From Nanobdellota archaeon (GTDB taxonomy: Archaea > Nanobdellota > Nanobdellia > UBA10117 > ARS21): a DNA stretch of 38,186 bases. Within the stretch, counting starts at the first letter, position 1, and every line of letters starts with the position of its first letter. Below the pieces are notes generated by a model. That model saw only the letters and a list, made by a program, of their open reading frames with translations, had not been told where the DNA came from and searched no databases. The translations under genes and the position numbers were made by a program. This document shows, in pieces, positions 7,652-15,983 of the stretch. The stretch spans positions 1 to 38,186 of the forward strand of contig JAAZWY010000002.1 of NCBI GenBank assembly GCA_014240455.1, in the 5' to 3' direction.

Positions 7652-8178
7652 TGGCAAAAGACTTTAAGATGACGGTAGCGGTTGGAAATCCTGGAACTAA
7701 AAAGACCTATAAGGTTGAATTAGACCAAGCAGGAGCACAACCTTTGTTCGGTAAGAAAATTGGACAAGAATTCAACGGAGAATCTATAGGATTAGATGGT
7801 TACAAGTTGAAAGTTACTGGCGGATCAGATCTTTCAGGTTTCCCAATGCGAAGAGATATTGAAGGTATTGGAAAGCGACGTGTTCTTTTGAATGTTGGTT
7901 CACATGGATTCAGAAGCCGAAGATATCACAGTATTCCTGAAGGTGAAGGTGCTAAGAAGAAGCTTAAAGAAACTCGAAAGGGTGAACGAAGACGGAAATC
8001 AATTCGAGGTAATACTATTTCTGACGCAATTAGACAAGTTAATTGTGTTGTTACTAAGGCAGGAAAAGCAACTCCTGAAAAATTACTTGGTTTAGAAGTT
8101 GAAGAAGTTAAGCCTGAAGGTGAATCAACTGAAGAGGCTCCGAAAGAAGAAACTAAGGTTGAAGAAAAGACTGAGTGA
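7651..8178 (+). CDS. rps6e: 30S ribosomal protein S6e (eS6) with an acidic/lysine C-terminal tail
   Basis: GYKLKVTGGSDLSGFPMRRDIEG...RRVLL is the eS6 signature. The start overlaps the rps7 stop (TAATG). The tail reads EEVKPEGESTEEAPKEETKVEEKTE. Confidence 0.9.
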   Translation: MAKDFKMTVAVGNPGTKKTYKVELDQAGAQPLFGKKIGQEFNGESIGLDGYKLKVTGGSDLSGFPMRRDIEGIGKRRVLLNVGSHGFRSRRYHSIPEGEGAKKKLKETRKGERRRKSIRGNTISDAIRQVNCVVTKAGKATPEKLLGLEVEEVKPEGESTEEAPKEETKVEEKTE

Positions 8179-8238
8179 GCGCAAATATAATAAGGCGTTA
8201 ATTGGTTATAATAATTTTCGGTGTTTGAGTTGATAATT

Positions 8239-8246
8239 AATTTAAA
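8239..8246 (+). promoter_or_regulatory. TATA box for ORF 8268-8645
   Basis: aatttaaa, centred 25.5 nt upstream of the ATG. Confidence 0.5.
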
Positions 8247-8267
8247 CTCTCAATATAATTTTGTTTT

Positions 8268-8645
8268 ATGAAGACTCGGAGAATTCGTATTAAAATTAGA
8301 GATTACTTGAAAGATGGACCTAGAAATACAGTAGAAATTCAGGAACATATTAATTCCACTATGAGACATGGAACTACTTCCCAACAATTAGGAAATGTTT
8401 TGTCAAAAGACAGACATACTTTCAAACTTGGAGAGATTAGACGTTCAGGAATTTTGAGTGGAGCATATGAAATTTGTGAATGGGGTACAAGTGATTGGGT
8501 AATAAAAAATCAGAATCCTGAAAATCCTTCTGAGATCATTTATCATCCTCCGACTGGAAATCCAATAACTTATTTATTAAGCGATAGTAATGTTGAAAAA
8601 GTTAGAATTTTGGAAGAAAGTGGTTTGGAAGAGTTAGTTGGTTGA
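8268..8645 (+). CDS. hypothetical protein, possible winged-helix fold
   Basis: 125-aa ORF with a TATA box (8239-8246) ~25 nt upstream. The N-terminal region (IRDYLKDGPRNTVEIQEHI...TTSQQLGNVLSKD) looks HTH-like. This is a weak call. Confidence 0.45.
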   Translation: MKTRRIRIKIRDYLKDGPRNTVEIQEHINSTMRHGTTSQQLGNVLSKDRHTFKLGEIRRSGILSGAYEICEWGTSDWVIKNQNPENPSEIIYHPPTGNPITYLLSDSNVEKVRILEESGLEELVG

Positions 8646-8652
8646 ACCAATC

Positions 8653-8660
8653 TTTTTTAT
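8653..8660 (+). promoter_or_regulatory. TATA box for ORF 8683-9057
   Basis: ttttttat, centred ~26.5 nt upstream of the ATG. Confidence 0.5.
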
Positions 8661-8682
8661 CTCTTGAGTTCTAAGTTATTTT

Positions 8683-9057
8683 ATGGATAATTCTCGACTT
8701 CAGACTGCAGATTTGGAAGGTACTCTTGCAGAATTTCATGAGTTTTTTGAGAAGCGCAAATTATATCTGAATTCCACAGATCTTTATGGGACTCCGCTTT
8801 CTTCATGTGATATTATTCAAGATGAACCTCGTTCATTTATTCGTCTTAGTCATGCTTCTGTTTCCGGAATTAGATATGTTGGAACGGTGTTACGTGAGAG
8901 TAGACAGGGTGGTCGAGTTGAAATATATCGAGTCAGAGATATAGAAGGTTATAAAATTGCATTAGTAAAACCTGGGCAAGTAATTGATGAGTTGGGCGAA
9001 GTTATGTCTCTTATGGACTTGGCTAAAAGACCTGAGTATTTACCTAATAAAACTTAA
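8683..9057 (+). CDS. hypothetical protein
   Basis: 124-aa ORF with a TATA box (8653-8660) ~26 nt upstream. No recognised motif. Confidence 0.5.
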   Translation: MDNSRLQTADLEGTLAEFHEFFEKRKLYLNSTDLYGTPLSSCDIIQDEPRSFIRLSHASVSGIRYVGTVLRESRQGGRVEIYRVRDIEGYKIALVKPGQVIDELGEVMSLMDLAKRPEYLPNKT

Positions 9058-10829
9058 ATTCCCCAAAGATCGTTTTCTTTTCGTTTGATTTCAGCAAGCT
9101 CTTTCAGAACTTGTACTTCGCTGTTTGACAATAGTGACTTTTTATCCTTTAGTTTTCTGAAAGCTGATTCAGACATGTTTGTAATTAAGAAATCTCCGCC
9201 GTCCGCTCCGCGACCGATTGTTAGTTTTGTTACAGCAACTGCAGCCTCTTTTCCTTTTGTTAGTTCTTCGAGTTTTGTACCTTTGTCTTCAATTGTTTTA
9301 ACTCTTCCAACAGCTTTTCCTTCCATATTTATTAGTTCAACATTAGGAGTTAGTTTTCCGTTGATAACTTCTGCTCCAAAAATTGCTGGACCTGATTGTC
9401 TGAAAATATATTGCTTCATGATTTGAATCTTTGCTGGCCATTGTAAATCTGAAATTTCTTCAAGTTGAAGTCTTTGTTTTCTTTCAGTATGTAGTTCTTC
9501 AAACTCTTCCACTATTTTGTAGATTACTTTGTTGATTACTACAGGAATCTTTTTCTTTTTGGCCATTGATTCTAATTCTTGTTCAAGTGTTACATTGAAT
9601 CCTAAAACAAATGGATATTCACTTCCTTTGTCTAGTGTTCCTTCTGCTTCAACAATATCTCGTTTTGTAATGTTTCCAATGTCTGCTCGCTTTATTGGAA
9701 TTTCATGTTTCTGGAATAATTTTGATGCTGCTTCTAAACTTCCGAGAGTGTCTGCTTTCAATACTACTCCATCTTCACCGGTTTCAATAAGCACATCTTC
9801 AATTTCTTCTTTAATGTTAATTTGTACTTCTTCAAGTTTATCTTCATCCCTAACTGAAATAATTGGTGCTCCTGAAATTGCATTACTTAAATCATTAGCT
9901 AGAATCTTTACTCCTGAGGCAGCAACAACTTCTTTTACTTTTTCAAATGAAGATTTCTTATCTCGAATTTCGGAAAGAGGTTTTGTTTTCAATAATGCTT
10001 TTACTTTTGTAGTAACTGCTGAATCTAGACCTCCGACCACAATTGTATCGTCTTGTCTTAGAGTTCCTTCGTAAATAATTATGTCTGCAGTTGTTCCCAT
10101 TCCTTTTTCTTCTTTGATTTCTAGGATTGTTCCTTTTGCTGGAGCATCAGTTTCGATTTCTAATTTTCCAGTTAGGAATTTCTGAGATAGACCAGTTAGT
10201 ACTGCAAGTAATTCTGGAATTCCTTCACCAGTCTTTGCTGAAACTGGAACAATTGAAACTGTCTTTTGATGGTCTTCAACTTGAGGATATAAATTTGATT
10301 CGAAACCCATTTCTGAGAGATCTCCAAGAATTTTGTAAAAGTTATTATCAAAATATTTCTTAACATTCTCTGCTTGATTTTTTACATTTTTTATGAAAAT
10401 TTTATCTTCAGATTTCCACCCAGTAATTAAGTCAACCTTATTTGCTGCAATTACAAAAGGTACTTTGAAAGATTTTAGAATTTCAATAGATTCTTTTGTT
10501 TGAGGTTGGATTCCTTGATTAATATCAATTACTAGAACTGCAAGATCTGCAATTGATCCGCCTCGCTTTCTTAAATTGCTGAAAGCTTCGTGACCCGGAG
10601 TATCGACAAATAATAATCCCGGTATGTTGAATTCAAGTTTGAATAAATCTAAAAGTTCACCGCAAGATTCCTTAATTTTGTCTAATGGAACTTCGGTTGC
10701 GCCTATATGTTGAGTAATTTTTCCTGCTTCTCTATCAGCAAGAGTCGTTCCTCTTAGGTAATCTAGTACTGAAGTCTTCCCGTGGTCGACATGACCAAGG
10801 ACAGTTATTATCGGTTGTCGGATTGTCAT
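9054..10829 (-). CDS. infB: translation initiation factor aIF5B (IF-2)
   Basis: 591 aa. GTPase motifs G1 GHVDHGKTS, G3 DTPGHEAF and G4 NKVD, followed by beta-barrel domains. A GAGGT Shine-Dalgarno lies ~11 nt upstream. Confidence 0.95.
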   Translation of the reverse strand: MTIRQPIITVLGHVDHGKTSVLDYLRGTTLADREAGKITQHIGATEVPLDKIKESCGELLDLFKLEFNIPGLLFVDTPGHEAFSNLRKRGGSIADLAVLVIDINQGIQPQTKESIEILKSFKVPFVIAANKVDLITGWKSEDKIFIKNVKNQAENVKKYFDNNFYKILGDLSEMGFESNLYPQVEDHQKTVSIVPVSAKTGEGIPELLAVLTGLSQKFLTGKLEIETDAPAKGTILEIKEEKGMGTTADIIIYEGTLRQDDTIVVGGLDSAVTTKVKALLKTKPLSEIRDKKSSFEKVKEVVAASGVKILANDLSNAISGAPIISVRDEDKLEEVQINIKEEIEDVLIETGEDGVVLKADTLGSLEAASKLFQKHEIPIKRADIGNITKRDIVEAEGTLDKGSEYPFVLGFNVTLEQELESMAKKKKIPVVINKVIYKIVEEFEELHTERKQRLQLEEISDLQWPAKIQIMKQYIFRQSGPAIFGAEVINGKLTPNVELINMEGKAVGRVKTIEDKGTKLEELTKGKEAAVAVTKLTIGRGADGGDFLITNMSESAFRKLKDKKSLLSNSEVQVLKELAEIKRKENDLWGI

Positions 10830-10880
10830 TTTCCATCATTACCTCTATGGAAAAGCTTATTTTTTGGTTTAAAAGCCTTG

Positions 10881-12173
10881 TTATAACTTGATTCGCTTGA
10901 AACCTTTAGAAAATTCAGGGAAAGAATCGATTATTTGATCAATTGGCGTGTAGAGCCTTACTAAATGGTGTCTACGTAGGTGATTCCCGTACTTCCAGCT
11001 GATTTTGCGGTGAAAGGCTACCAAAATGAGTCCAATTCCTATGGAAAAGCTTGATAAGAACAGCATAACGGCCTTAATTGAGTACAATTCAGCGAACTCT
11101 CCAGCGTAAAACAAGGCTATTGCAGCTAATCCCCAAGTTAGCGTTTCAAATATTGCTATTGCTTGTCCGTGCTTACTATTTGGAGTCATTTCTGCGACTC
11201 GTACATACATTGGTCGATAAATTAGTAAAATTCCAACTGCGAACCCTCCCATTGCTAAAGCGTAGGCTAAGATATGATCAAACATGAAAAACAATCTCAT
11301 GAAAAATCCTATCATGAAAAATCCTGGAATTATTAGCCATTTTGAGTGAAAATTATCAGAAAATCTTCCGACCGGTAGTTGGAAAGGTAATAATACCATT
11401 GAAGAAAGCATTACAATTAATCCTGCTTGCCAGAATTCATATCCTGCAATATTTCGTAAATATATCAAAATGAAAGTGTACCAAATTATTGTGATTGAAG
11501 ATTGAATAAGTTTGATGAAAGATAATAAAGCAAAACCTCGAGTAATCAAAATACTTTGATAATTTTCTATTATCTTTGATACGCTCGGGATTTTGTTTTT
11601 GTGTTTTATATCTGTCAAAAAGAATAGTAATGAAAGTGTTCCTATTCCAATAAAGAACGAAGTGTAAAAGAGCGTTATGAATCCGAATAAGAATATGATT
11701 AATCCGCCGAGTAATGGTGCGAGAATTACTCCTAAAACTCTGTAAACTGAACGGACTGCATTGTATGTTGAGAGTTTGCTTTTTGCAGAAATCTCCCAGA
11801 CGTAACTGAGATATGCTGGATAAAATATTGAGGCACCGATTCCGAAAATTATTCCTCGAGTGATGAAGAATAATTCTGTAGTAAAAAAGACTAAACTTAG
11901 ATTTGCAAGTGCCATTATTAATCCTCCTGTGAACATTACTCGCCTACGATCATAGTAATCTACAAAGGATCCTGCAAACAGTTTGGCAATGTTTGTTGCA
12001 ACTACAGATACTGCGACAATTATTCCGATGTTTACCAAATTGATTCCGATGTGGAAAAAATAAAGCGGTAAGAATATTGTAACTAATGATCGTGAAAGAC
12101 TCATGAAAAAAGATATTGTATTTGCATATCGGTGATTTGCTTTTGTTCTGAGTGCCATTGAAGAAATAATCAA
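10881..12173 (-). CDS. MFS-type transporter
   Basis: 430 aa with about 12 hydrophobic helices and an MFS-like loop (FAGSFVDYYDRRRVMFTG) between TM2 and TM3. The track start is TTG; an alternative ATG is at 12158. Confidence 0.78.
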   Translation of the reverse strand: MIISSMALRTKANHRYANTISFFMSLSRSLVTIFLPLYFFHIGINLVNIGIIVAVSVVATNIAKLFAGSFVDYYDRRRVMFTGGLIMALANLSLVFFTTELFFITRGIIFGIGASIFYPAYLSYVWEISAKSKLSTYNAVRSVYRVLGVILAPLLGGLIIFLFGFITLFYTSFFIGIGTLSLLFFLTDIKHKNKIPSVSKIIENYQSILITRGFALLSFIKLIQSSITIIWYTFILIYLRNIAGYEFWQAGLIVMLSSMVLLPFQLPVGRFSDNFHSKWLIIPGFFMIGFFMRLFFMFDHILAYALAMGGFAVGILLIYRPMYVRVAEMTPNSKHGQAIAIFETLTWGLAAIALFYAGEFAELYSIKAVMLFLSSFSIGIGLILVAFHRKISWKYGNHLRRHHLVRLYTPIDQIIDSFPEFSKGFKRIKL

Positions 12174-12188
12174 AGGAGCTATTAAAAC

Positions 12189-12752
12189 TTAACCAAATAA
12201 TTTGTTCTTTAATCTTTTCATGTAAGTTGGACCGTTCATTATTGCGCTCTCTAATGAAATTGATGCGTAAGATTTTTTCTTTTTCATTGCGAAACCTAAT
12301 CTGATTAAATTAGCTGCAATTATGAATCCAGTTAATCCGTATGCAACTTCATCTACTGCTTCTGGAAATTCTTCTGTAACAAAGCGTCCTGCCCATCCTG
12401 TTCCTTGAACCATAACATAATATTGCGGAGAGAACGCAATGTCAATTAGTGCGTTCTGTTTTGTTAATGTGTGTGCTTCTTTTTCTGCAATTAATGCAAA
12501 AGCTTCTTGATCTCCTTGAGTCATTGCACCGCCAATATATGCTTGTAGAAATGTTCCAACAGGTCCAATATTTGCCTTTCCTTTCAATCGCTTTTTGTAA
12601 ATATTATTTATCCATCGGTTTACAAAACCAGTATCTTGTACATATTCAAAATATGCTTCTTCTGCCGCACACCTATTCGAGATGTGTCTGTTACCTTGCT
12701 CATCAAAACTGAATAAGCCACGTTCCTCTAAGATTGATTCTAATGTTGTCAT
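12189..12752 (-). CDS. hypothetical protein with a C-terminal hydrophobic helix
   Basis: 187-aa ORF, 10 nt downstream of ndk and 15 nt upstream of the MFS gene, so probably co-transcribed with them. No recognised motif. Confidence 0.55.
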   Translation of the reverse strand: MTTLESILEERGLFSFDEQGNRHISNRCAAEEAYFEYVQDTGFVNRWINNIYKKRLKGKANIGPVGTFLQAYIGGAMTQGDQEAFALIAEKEAHTLTKQNALIDIAFSPQYYVMVQGTGWAGRFVTEEFPEAVDEVAYGLTGFIIAANLIRLGFAMKKKKSYASISLESAIMNGPTYMKRLKNKLFG

Positions 12753-12762
12753 TTTTAATTAA

Positions 12763-13242
12763 TTAAAAAACAATATGTTCATCTGATCGTTTGTAAGAAT
12801 GTAATTCTTTCTTGTCAAACCAAAGTGCTATTTCTTTTTTTGCATCTTTAGCATCTCCTGAAGCATGGATAATATTTGCAATGGATTTTCCAACTCTATC
12901 TGCATATGCATAAGAGTGATGTGCGTAATCTCCTCTGATTGTTCCTGGAGTTGCTTCTGCCGGTGCAGTGGATCCAACAATTCTACGTACGTTCTTTATT
13001 GCTTCAACACCTTCAAGAACTATTGCTATAACTGGTCCAGATCGAATAAATTCATCAAGTCCTGAGAAAAATGGTTTTCCAATGTGATCGGAATAATGTT
13101 TTTTGGATAAAGCTTTGTTAACCCAAACCATTCTCATTCCAACAATCTTTAATCCTGCATTTTCAAATTTTGAAATAACTGTTCCGGTTAGAGATCTTTG
13201 AACACCGTCTGGTTTGACTAATACTAAGGTACGCTCTATCAT
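12763..13242 (-). CDS. ndk: nucleoside diphosphate kinase
   Basis: ERTLVLVKPDGVQR, GPV.A.VLEG, GTIRGDYA and the active-site NIIHASG motifs. Confidence 0.95.
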   Translation of the reverse strand: MIERTLVLVKPDGVQRSLTGTVISKFENAGLKIVGMRMVWVNKALSKKHYSDHIGKPFFSGLDEFIRSGPVIAIVLEGVEAIKNVRRIVGSTAPAEATPGTIRGDYAHHSYAYADRVGKSIANIIHASGDAKDAKKEIALWFDKKELHSYKRSDEHIVF

Positions 13243-13261
13243 GCTTTTTTGTGCTGAGCAA

Positions 13262-13269
13262 ATTTAAAA
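13262..13269 (-). promoter_or_regulatory. TATA box for ndk
   Basis: ttttaaat on the - strand, centred ~23.5 nt upstream of ATG 13242. Confidence 0.45.
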
Positions 13270-13271
13270 CC

Positions 13272-13556
13272 TTAACGCTTTTTCCTTATCTTTATCTGTC
13301 GGGACAATCTCCGAGTTAGTTCTTTCATTGCCAGTCCAAATTTCCAATCTACTCCTTCTGCCCTGATAATTTTTCCCTCTGGTGTTTCTGCTTCTCCAGT
13401 TATTGCATACTTTGTTCGTTTGCCTTCTTTTTCATAACGCTTCATTCTCAATCTAAGGCGTTTAAATTTACTAGAAAATAATTTCTTGCCTAGAATTTCT
13501 CTTAATCTTCGTCGCTCTTTTAGATCTAGTTTTTTCTCAGAAAATTCTACTTTCAT
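13272..13556 (-). CDS. small basic protein of unknown function (pattern reminiscent of the HPF/RaiA fold)
   Basis: 94-aa highly basic ORF. The predicted beta-alpha-beta-beta-beta-alpha order and the C-terminal helix GLAMKELTRRLSRQIKIRKKR resemble S30AE-family proteins. This is eye-alignment only. Confidence 0.5.
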   Translation of the reverse strand: MKVEFSEKKLDLKERRRLREILGKKLFSSKFKRLRLRMKRYEKEGKRTKYAITGEAETPEGKIIRAEGVDWKFGLAMKELTRRLSRQIKIRKKR

Positions 13557-13576
13557 ATTAAGTATTAGGATTCAGT

Positions 13577-15325
13577 TTATTTAACCGTTACGCTCTTTGC
13601 TAAATTTCTTGGCTTGTCGGGATCTAATCCTTTCATAACTGCCAAATAATAGGATAATGCTTGAATTGGAATTATTCTTAGTATTGGTGAGAATTTATCT
13701 GGACCTACAACTTTGATCCAGTAATCGAACACTTCGTGCTTCTTTTCTGATATTCCAATTATGAATGCTCCTCGAGTTTTGAGCTCTTGAGCATTTGATA
13801 AAATATCTTGATTTTCTTTATTTGGAACAAACACAATACATGGTGTTCCGTGTTCAATCATTGCAATTGGTCCGTGTTTAATCTCTCCACCTGCAAAACC
13901 TTCGGCGTGTATATATGAAACTTCTTTTATTTTTAGTGCTGCTTCCATTGCGGTTGCATAATCTCTTCCACGACCAATAGTAAAAATATGATTTGAATAT
14001 CTTAGAATTTGTGATAATTCTTTTGTGTATTTTCTTGCTGATTCGCTTGTTAAGTAGTAAATGTTTCTAATAATTTCTTCAATTTCTTGTTTTGCTTGAT
14101 TTGGTTTTATTACTAATGCAGACGCGATTAACATTAGAATTGCAACTTGGGCAGTGTAAGATTTTGTTGAAAGTACACAGATTTCTGGTCCCACGTTCAT
14201 GAAAATGTTTTGGTCTGAAAGTCTGGATAAAGATGAACCTTGGACATTTACAATTGAGATTATTTGTGTACCTCTTGACTTTGCAGTCTTTACTGCTTTA
14301 ATTAGATCAAGAGTTTCTCCAGATTGTGATATTGCTAGAACTGTTGAATTTTCACTCAGGAATTTTTCATACTGTTCAAATTCATGTGCATGTACTATTC
14401 TTGGCATAAGTCCATTTTTTAGAAATTCTGTTTCTGCAGCTTTTGCTGCATTGTAAGATGAACCGCAAGCAACGATGTAGACCTTTGAGGATTTTATTCT
14501 GTTTGCTACTGCAGTTATTAACTCTGAATCTTGCATTAGTGATTGCTTTACTGTGTCAACTTGCTCTGAAATCTCCTTTAGCATGAAGTGTTTGAAATCA
14601 CCTTTTTTTGCTTTATCTACGTCCCAATCAATTTTTGAAATTTCTCTATGTACTTCTTTATTTCTGTTTAGAATTTTGATTTCTGAATTTATGTATCCGT
14701 AATCTCCGTCTTCTAAGTAAATTACATTTTTTGTTCTGTCAATGAAGGAAGTTACATCTGATGAAACAATTAGTGCATCTTTGTCGACGCCAACAACCAG
14801 TGGTGAATCTCTTCTTGCAAAAAATATTTTGTTGCTTGAATTGTGTAAGAAAGTTATTGCGAAAGTTCCCTCGAGTTCATCAAGAGTTTTTTTGAATGCT
14901 TCTAAAATATCTTTGGAATTTCTTAGATGGAATTCAATTAAGTTTGGAATTATTTCAGTATCAGTTTCTCCATAAAATGTGAATCCTTCTTTTTTGAGTT
15001 TGTTTTTTAATTCTTCATAGTTTTCGATAATTCCATTATGAACTAGTGAAATATTTTTTGAGTTTGAGATATGAGGATGAGTGTTGTCTTCAGTAACTTT
15101 ACCGTGAGTTGCCCAACGCGTATGACCTATTACAAATGTTGCATTTCCTTTTTGAGTTGGAGTTGGAATCTTTCCTACTTGTTTTTCAGTTGTTAAGTGA
15201 TCTTTATCTTTGAAAGTAAATCCCCACGAATCATATCCTCGATAGTCTAGGCTTTTAATCATTGATACAAATTCGGATAAATCTATGGAATTTGAAGTAC
15301 TTGAATAGCCCACAATGCCGCACAT
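13577..15325 (-). CDS. glmS: glutamine--fructose-6-phosphate aminotransferase (isomerizing)
   Basis: 582 aa. MCGIVGY Ntn-amidotransferase start, two SIS domains (ACGSSYNA, SQSGET) and the C-terminal KPRNLAKSVTV(E/K). Confidence 0.95.
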   Translation of the reverse strand: MCGIVGYSSTSNSIDLSEFVSMIKSLDYRGYDSWGFTFKDKDHLTTEKQVGKIPTPTQKGNATFVIGHTRWATHGKVTEDNTHPHISNSKNISLVHNGIIENYEELKNKLKKEGFTFYGETDTEIIPNLIEFHLRNSKDILEAFKKTLDELEGTFAITFLHNSSNKIFFARRDSPLVVGVDKDALIVSSDVTSFIDRTKNVIYLEDGDYGYINSEIKILNRNKEVHREISKIDWDVDKAKKGDFKHFMLKEISEQVDTVKQSLMQDSELITAVANRIKSSKVYIVACGSSYNAAKAAETEFLKNGLMPRIVHAHEFEQYEKFLSENSTVLAISQSGETLDLIKAVKTAKSRGTQIISIVNVQGSSLSRLSDQNIFMNVGPEICVLSTKSYTAQVAILMLIASALVIKPNQAKQEIEEIIRNIYYLTSESARKYTKELSQILRYSNHIFTIGRGRDYATAMEAALKIKEVSYIHAEGFAGGEIKHGPIAMIEHGTPCIVFVPNKENQDILSNAQELKTRGAFIIGISEKKHEVFDYWIKVVGPDKFSPILRIIPIQALSYYLAVMKGLDPDKPRNLAKSVTVK

Positions 15326-15346
15326 ATAGCGAAAAGTGAAAATTCG

Positions 15347-15354
15347 TATTAAAA
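15347..15354 (-). promoter_or_regulatory. TATA box for glmS
   Basis: ttttaata on the - strand, centred 25.5 nt upstream of ATG 15325. Confidence 0.5.
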
Positions 15355-15375
15355 GTTTGTGAAACTTAGAGTTGA

Positions 15376-15975
15376 TTATTCTGAGGTTTCAGGAGTTAGA
15401 TTTGTCTGCTCTGCCGGTGTTTCTGGTTCAACCTTTGGTTCTTCAGCCGGAGCTTCTTCAACTTTGGTTTCCTCTGCTGGAGTTTCTTCAACTTTAGTTT
15501 CTTCTACAGGTGCTTCTTCAACCTTTGGTTCTTCTTTGACTTCGAGTTCAGCAACTTCTACAGAAGTTTCTTCAACTTTGGTTTCCTCAACAGCTGGCGC
15601 TTCAGAAACTGGTTCTTCAACTGGCGCTTCTTCTTTGACCTCTGTCTTCTTAGGTCTTATTTCAAAATTTGTTGGAGTTGGTTTTACTCCATTTAATTTG
15701 TCTAAATGAATATCAATTGTTGAAACTCTAATTGGTCTTCCTTCTTTATTCTTAAAATCTTCTGCTGCGATTACAACTTCACCAATTTTAATGCTGTCTG
15801 TTAAGAATTTGCTTCGAACCATTTCTGCTACATCAACAGCTCTACTAATGAATTTTCCTCTAGATCTAATAATTACACTTCCAGCGCCATTAGTTGTAAA
15901 TTGCATGACTACTGCAGTGACATAATTCATAAATGGCTTTCCGCCTACAAATACTATTCTTTCCTCTTGAATCAT
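15376..15975 (-). CDS. albA: Alba-family DNA/RNA-binding protein with a ~100-aa acidic repeat tail
   Basis: The N-terminal ~95 aa match the Alba fold pattern (VFVGGKPFMNYVTAVVMQF....VIIRSRGKFISRAVDVAEMVR). The remainder is E/V/K/P/T/A repeats (ETKVEE...). Confidence 0.85.
   Translation of the reverse strand: MIQEERIVFVGGKPFMNYVTAVVMQFTTNGAGSVIIRSRGKFISRAVDVAEMVRSKFLTDSIKIGEVVIAAEDFKNKEGRPIRVSTIDIHLDKLNGVKPTPTNFEIRPKKTEVKEEAPVEEPVSEAPAVEETKVEETSVEVAELEVKEEPKVEEAPVEETKVEETPAEETKVEEAPAEEPKVEPETPAEQTNLTPETSE
15379..15690 (-). repeat. imperfect ~27-nt tandem repeats encoding the Alba acidic tail
   Basis: Reiterated cttcttcaac(t/c)tt(g/a)gtt on the + strand. The protein repeats are (E/P)(T/P)KVEE(A/T)P(A/V)E. 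Confidence 0.8.
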
Positions 15976-15983
15976 TGTGATAT

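Noticed and set aside
9085-10074. Long + strand ORFs (113 and 181 aa, Ser/Phe-rich) antisense to infB
   Set aside because: They lie entirely inside the strongly supported aIF5B gene. Their low-complexity composition is typical of the antisense frame of a Lys/Glu-rich gene. They have no TATA box at the expected distance and no recognisable motif.
15359-15709. 116-aa Ser/Thr/Gly-rich + strand ORF
   Set aside because: It is the mirror image of the Alba acidic repeat tail. The repeat keeps the antisense frame open. The Alba reading frame is continuous with a recognisable fold, so the - strand is the coding strand.
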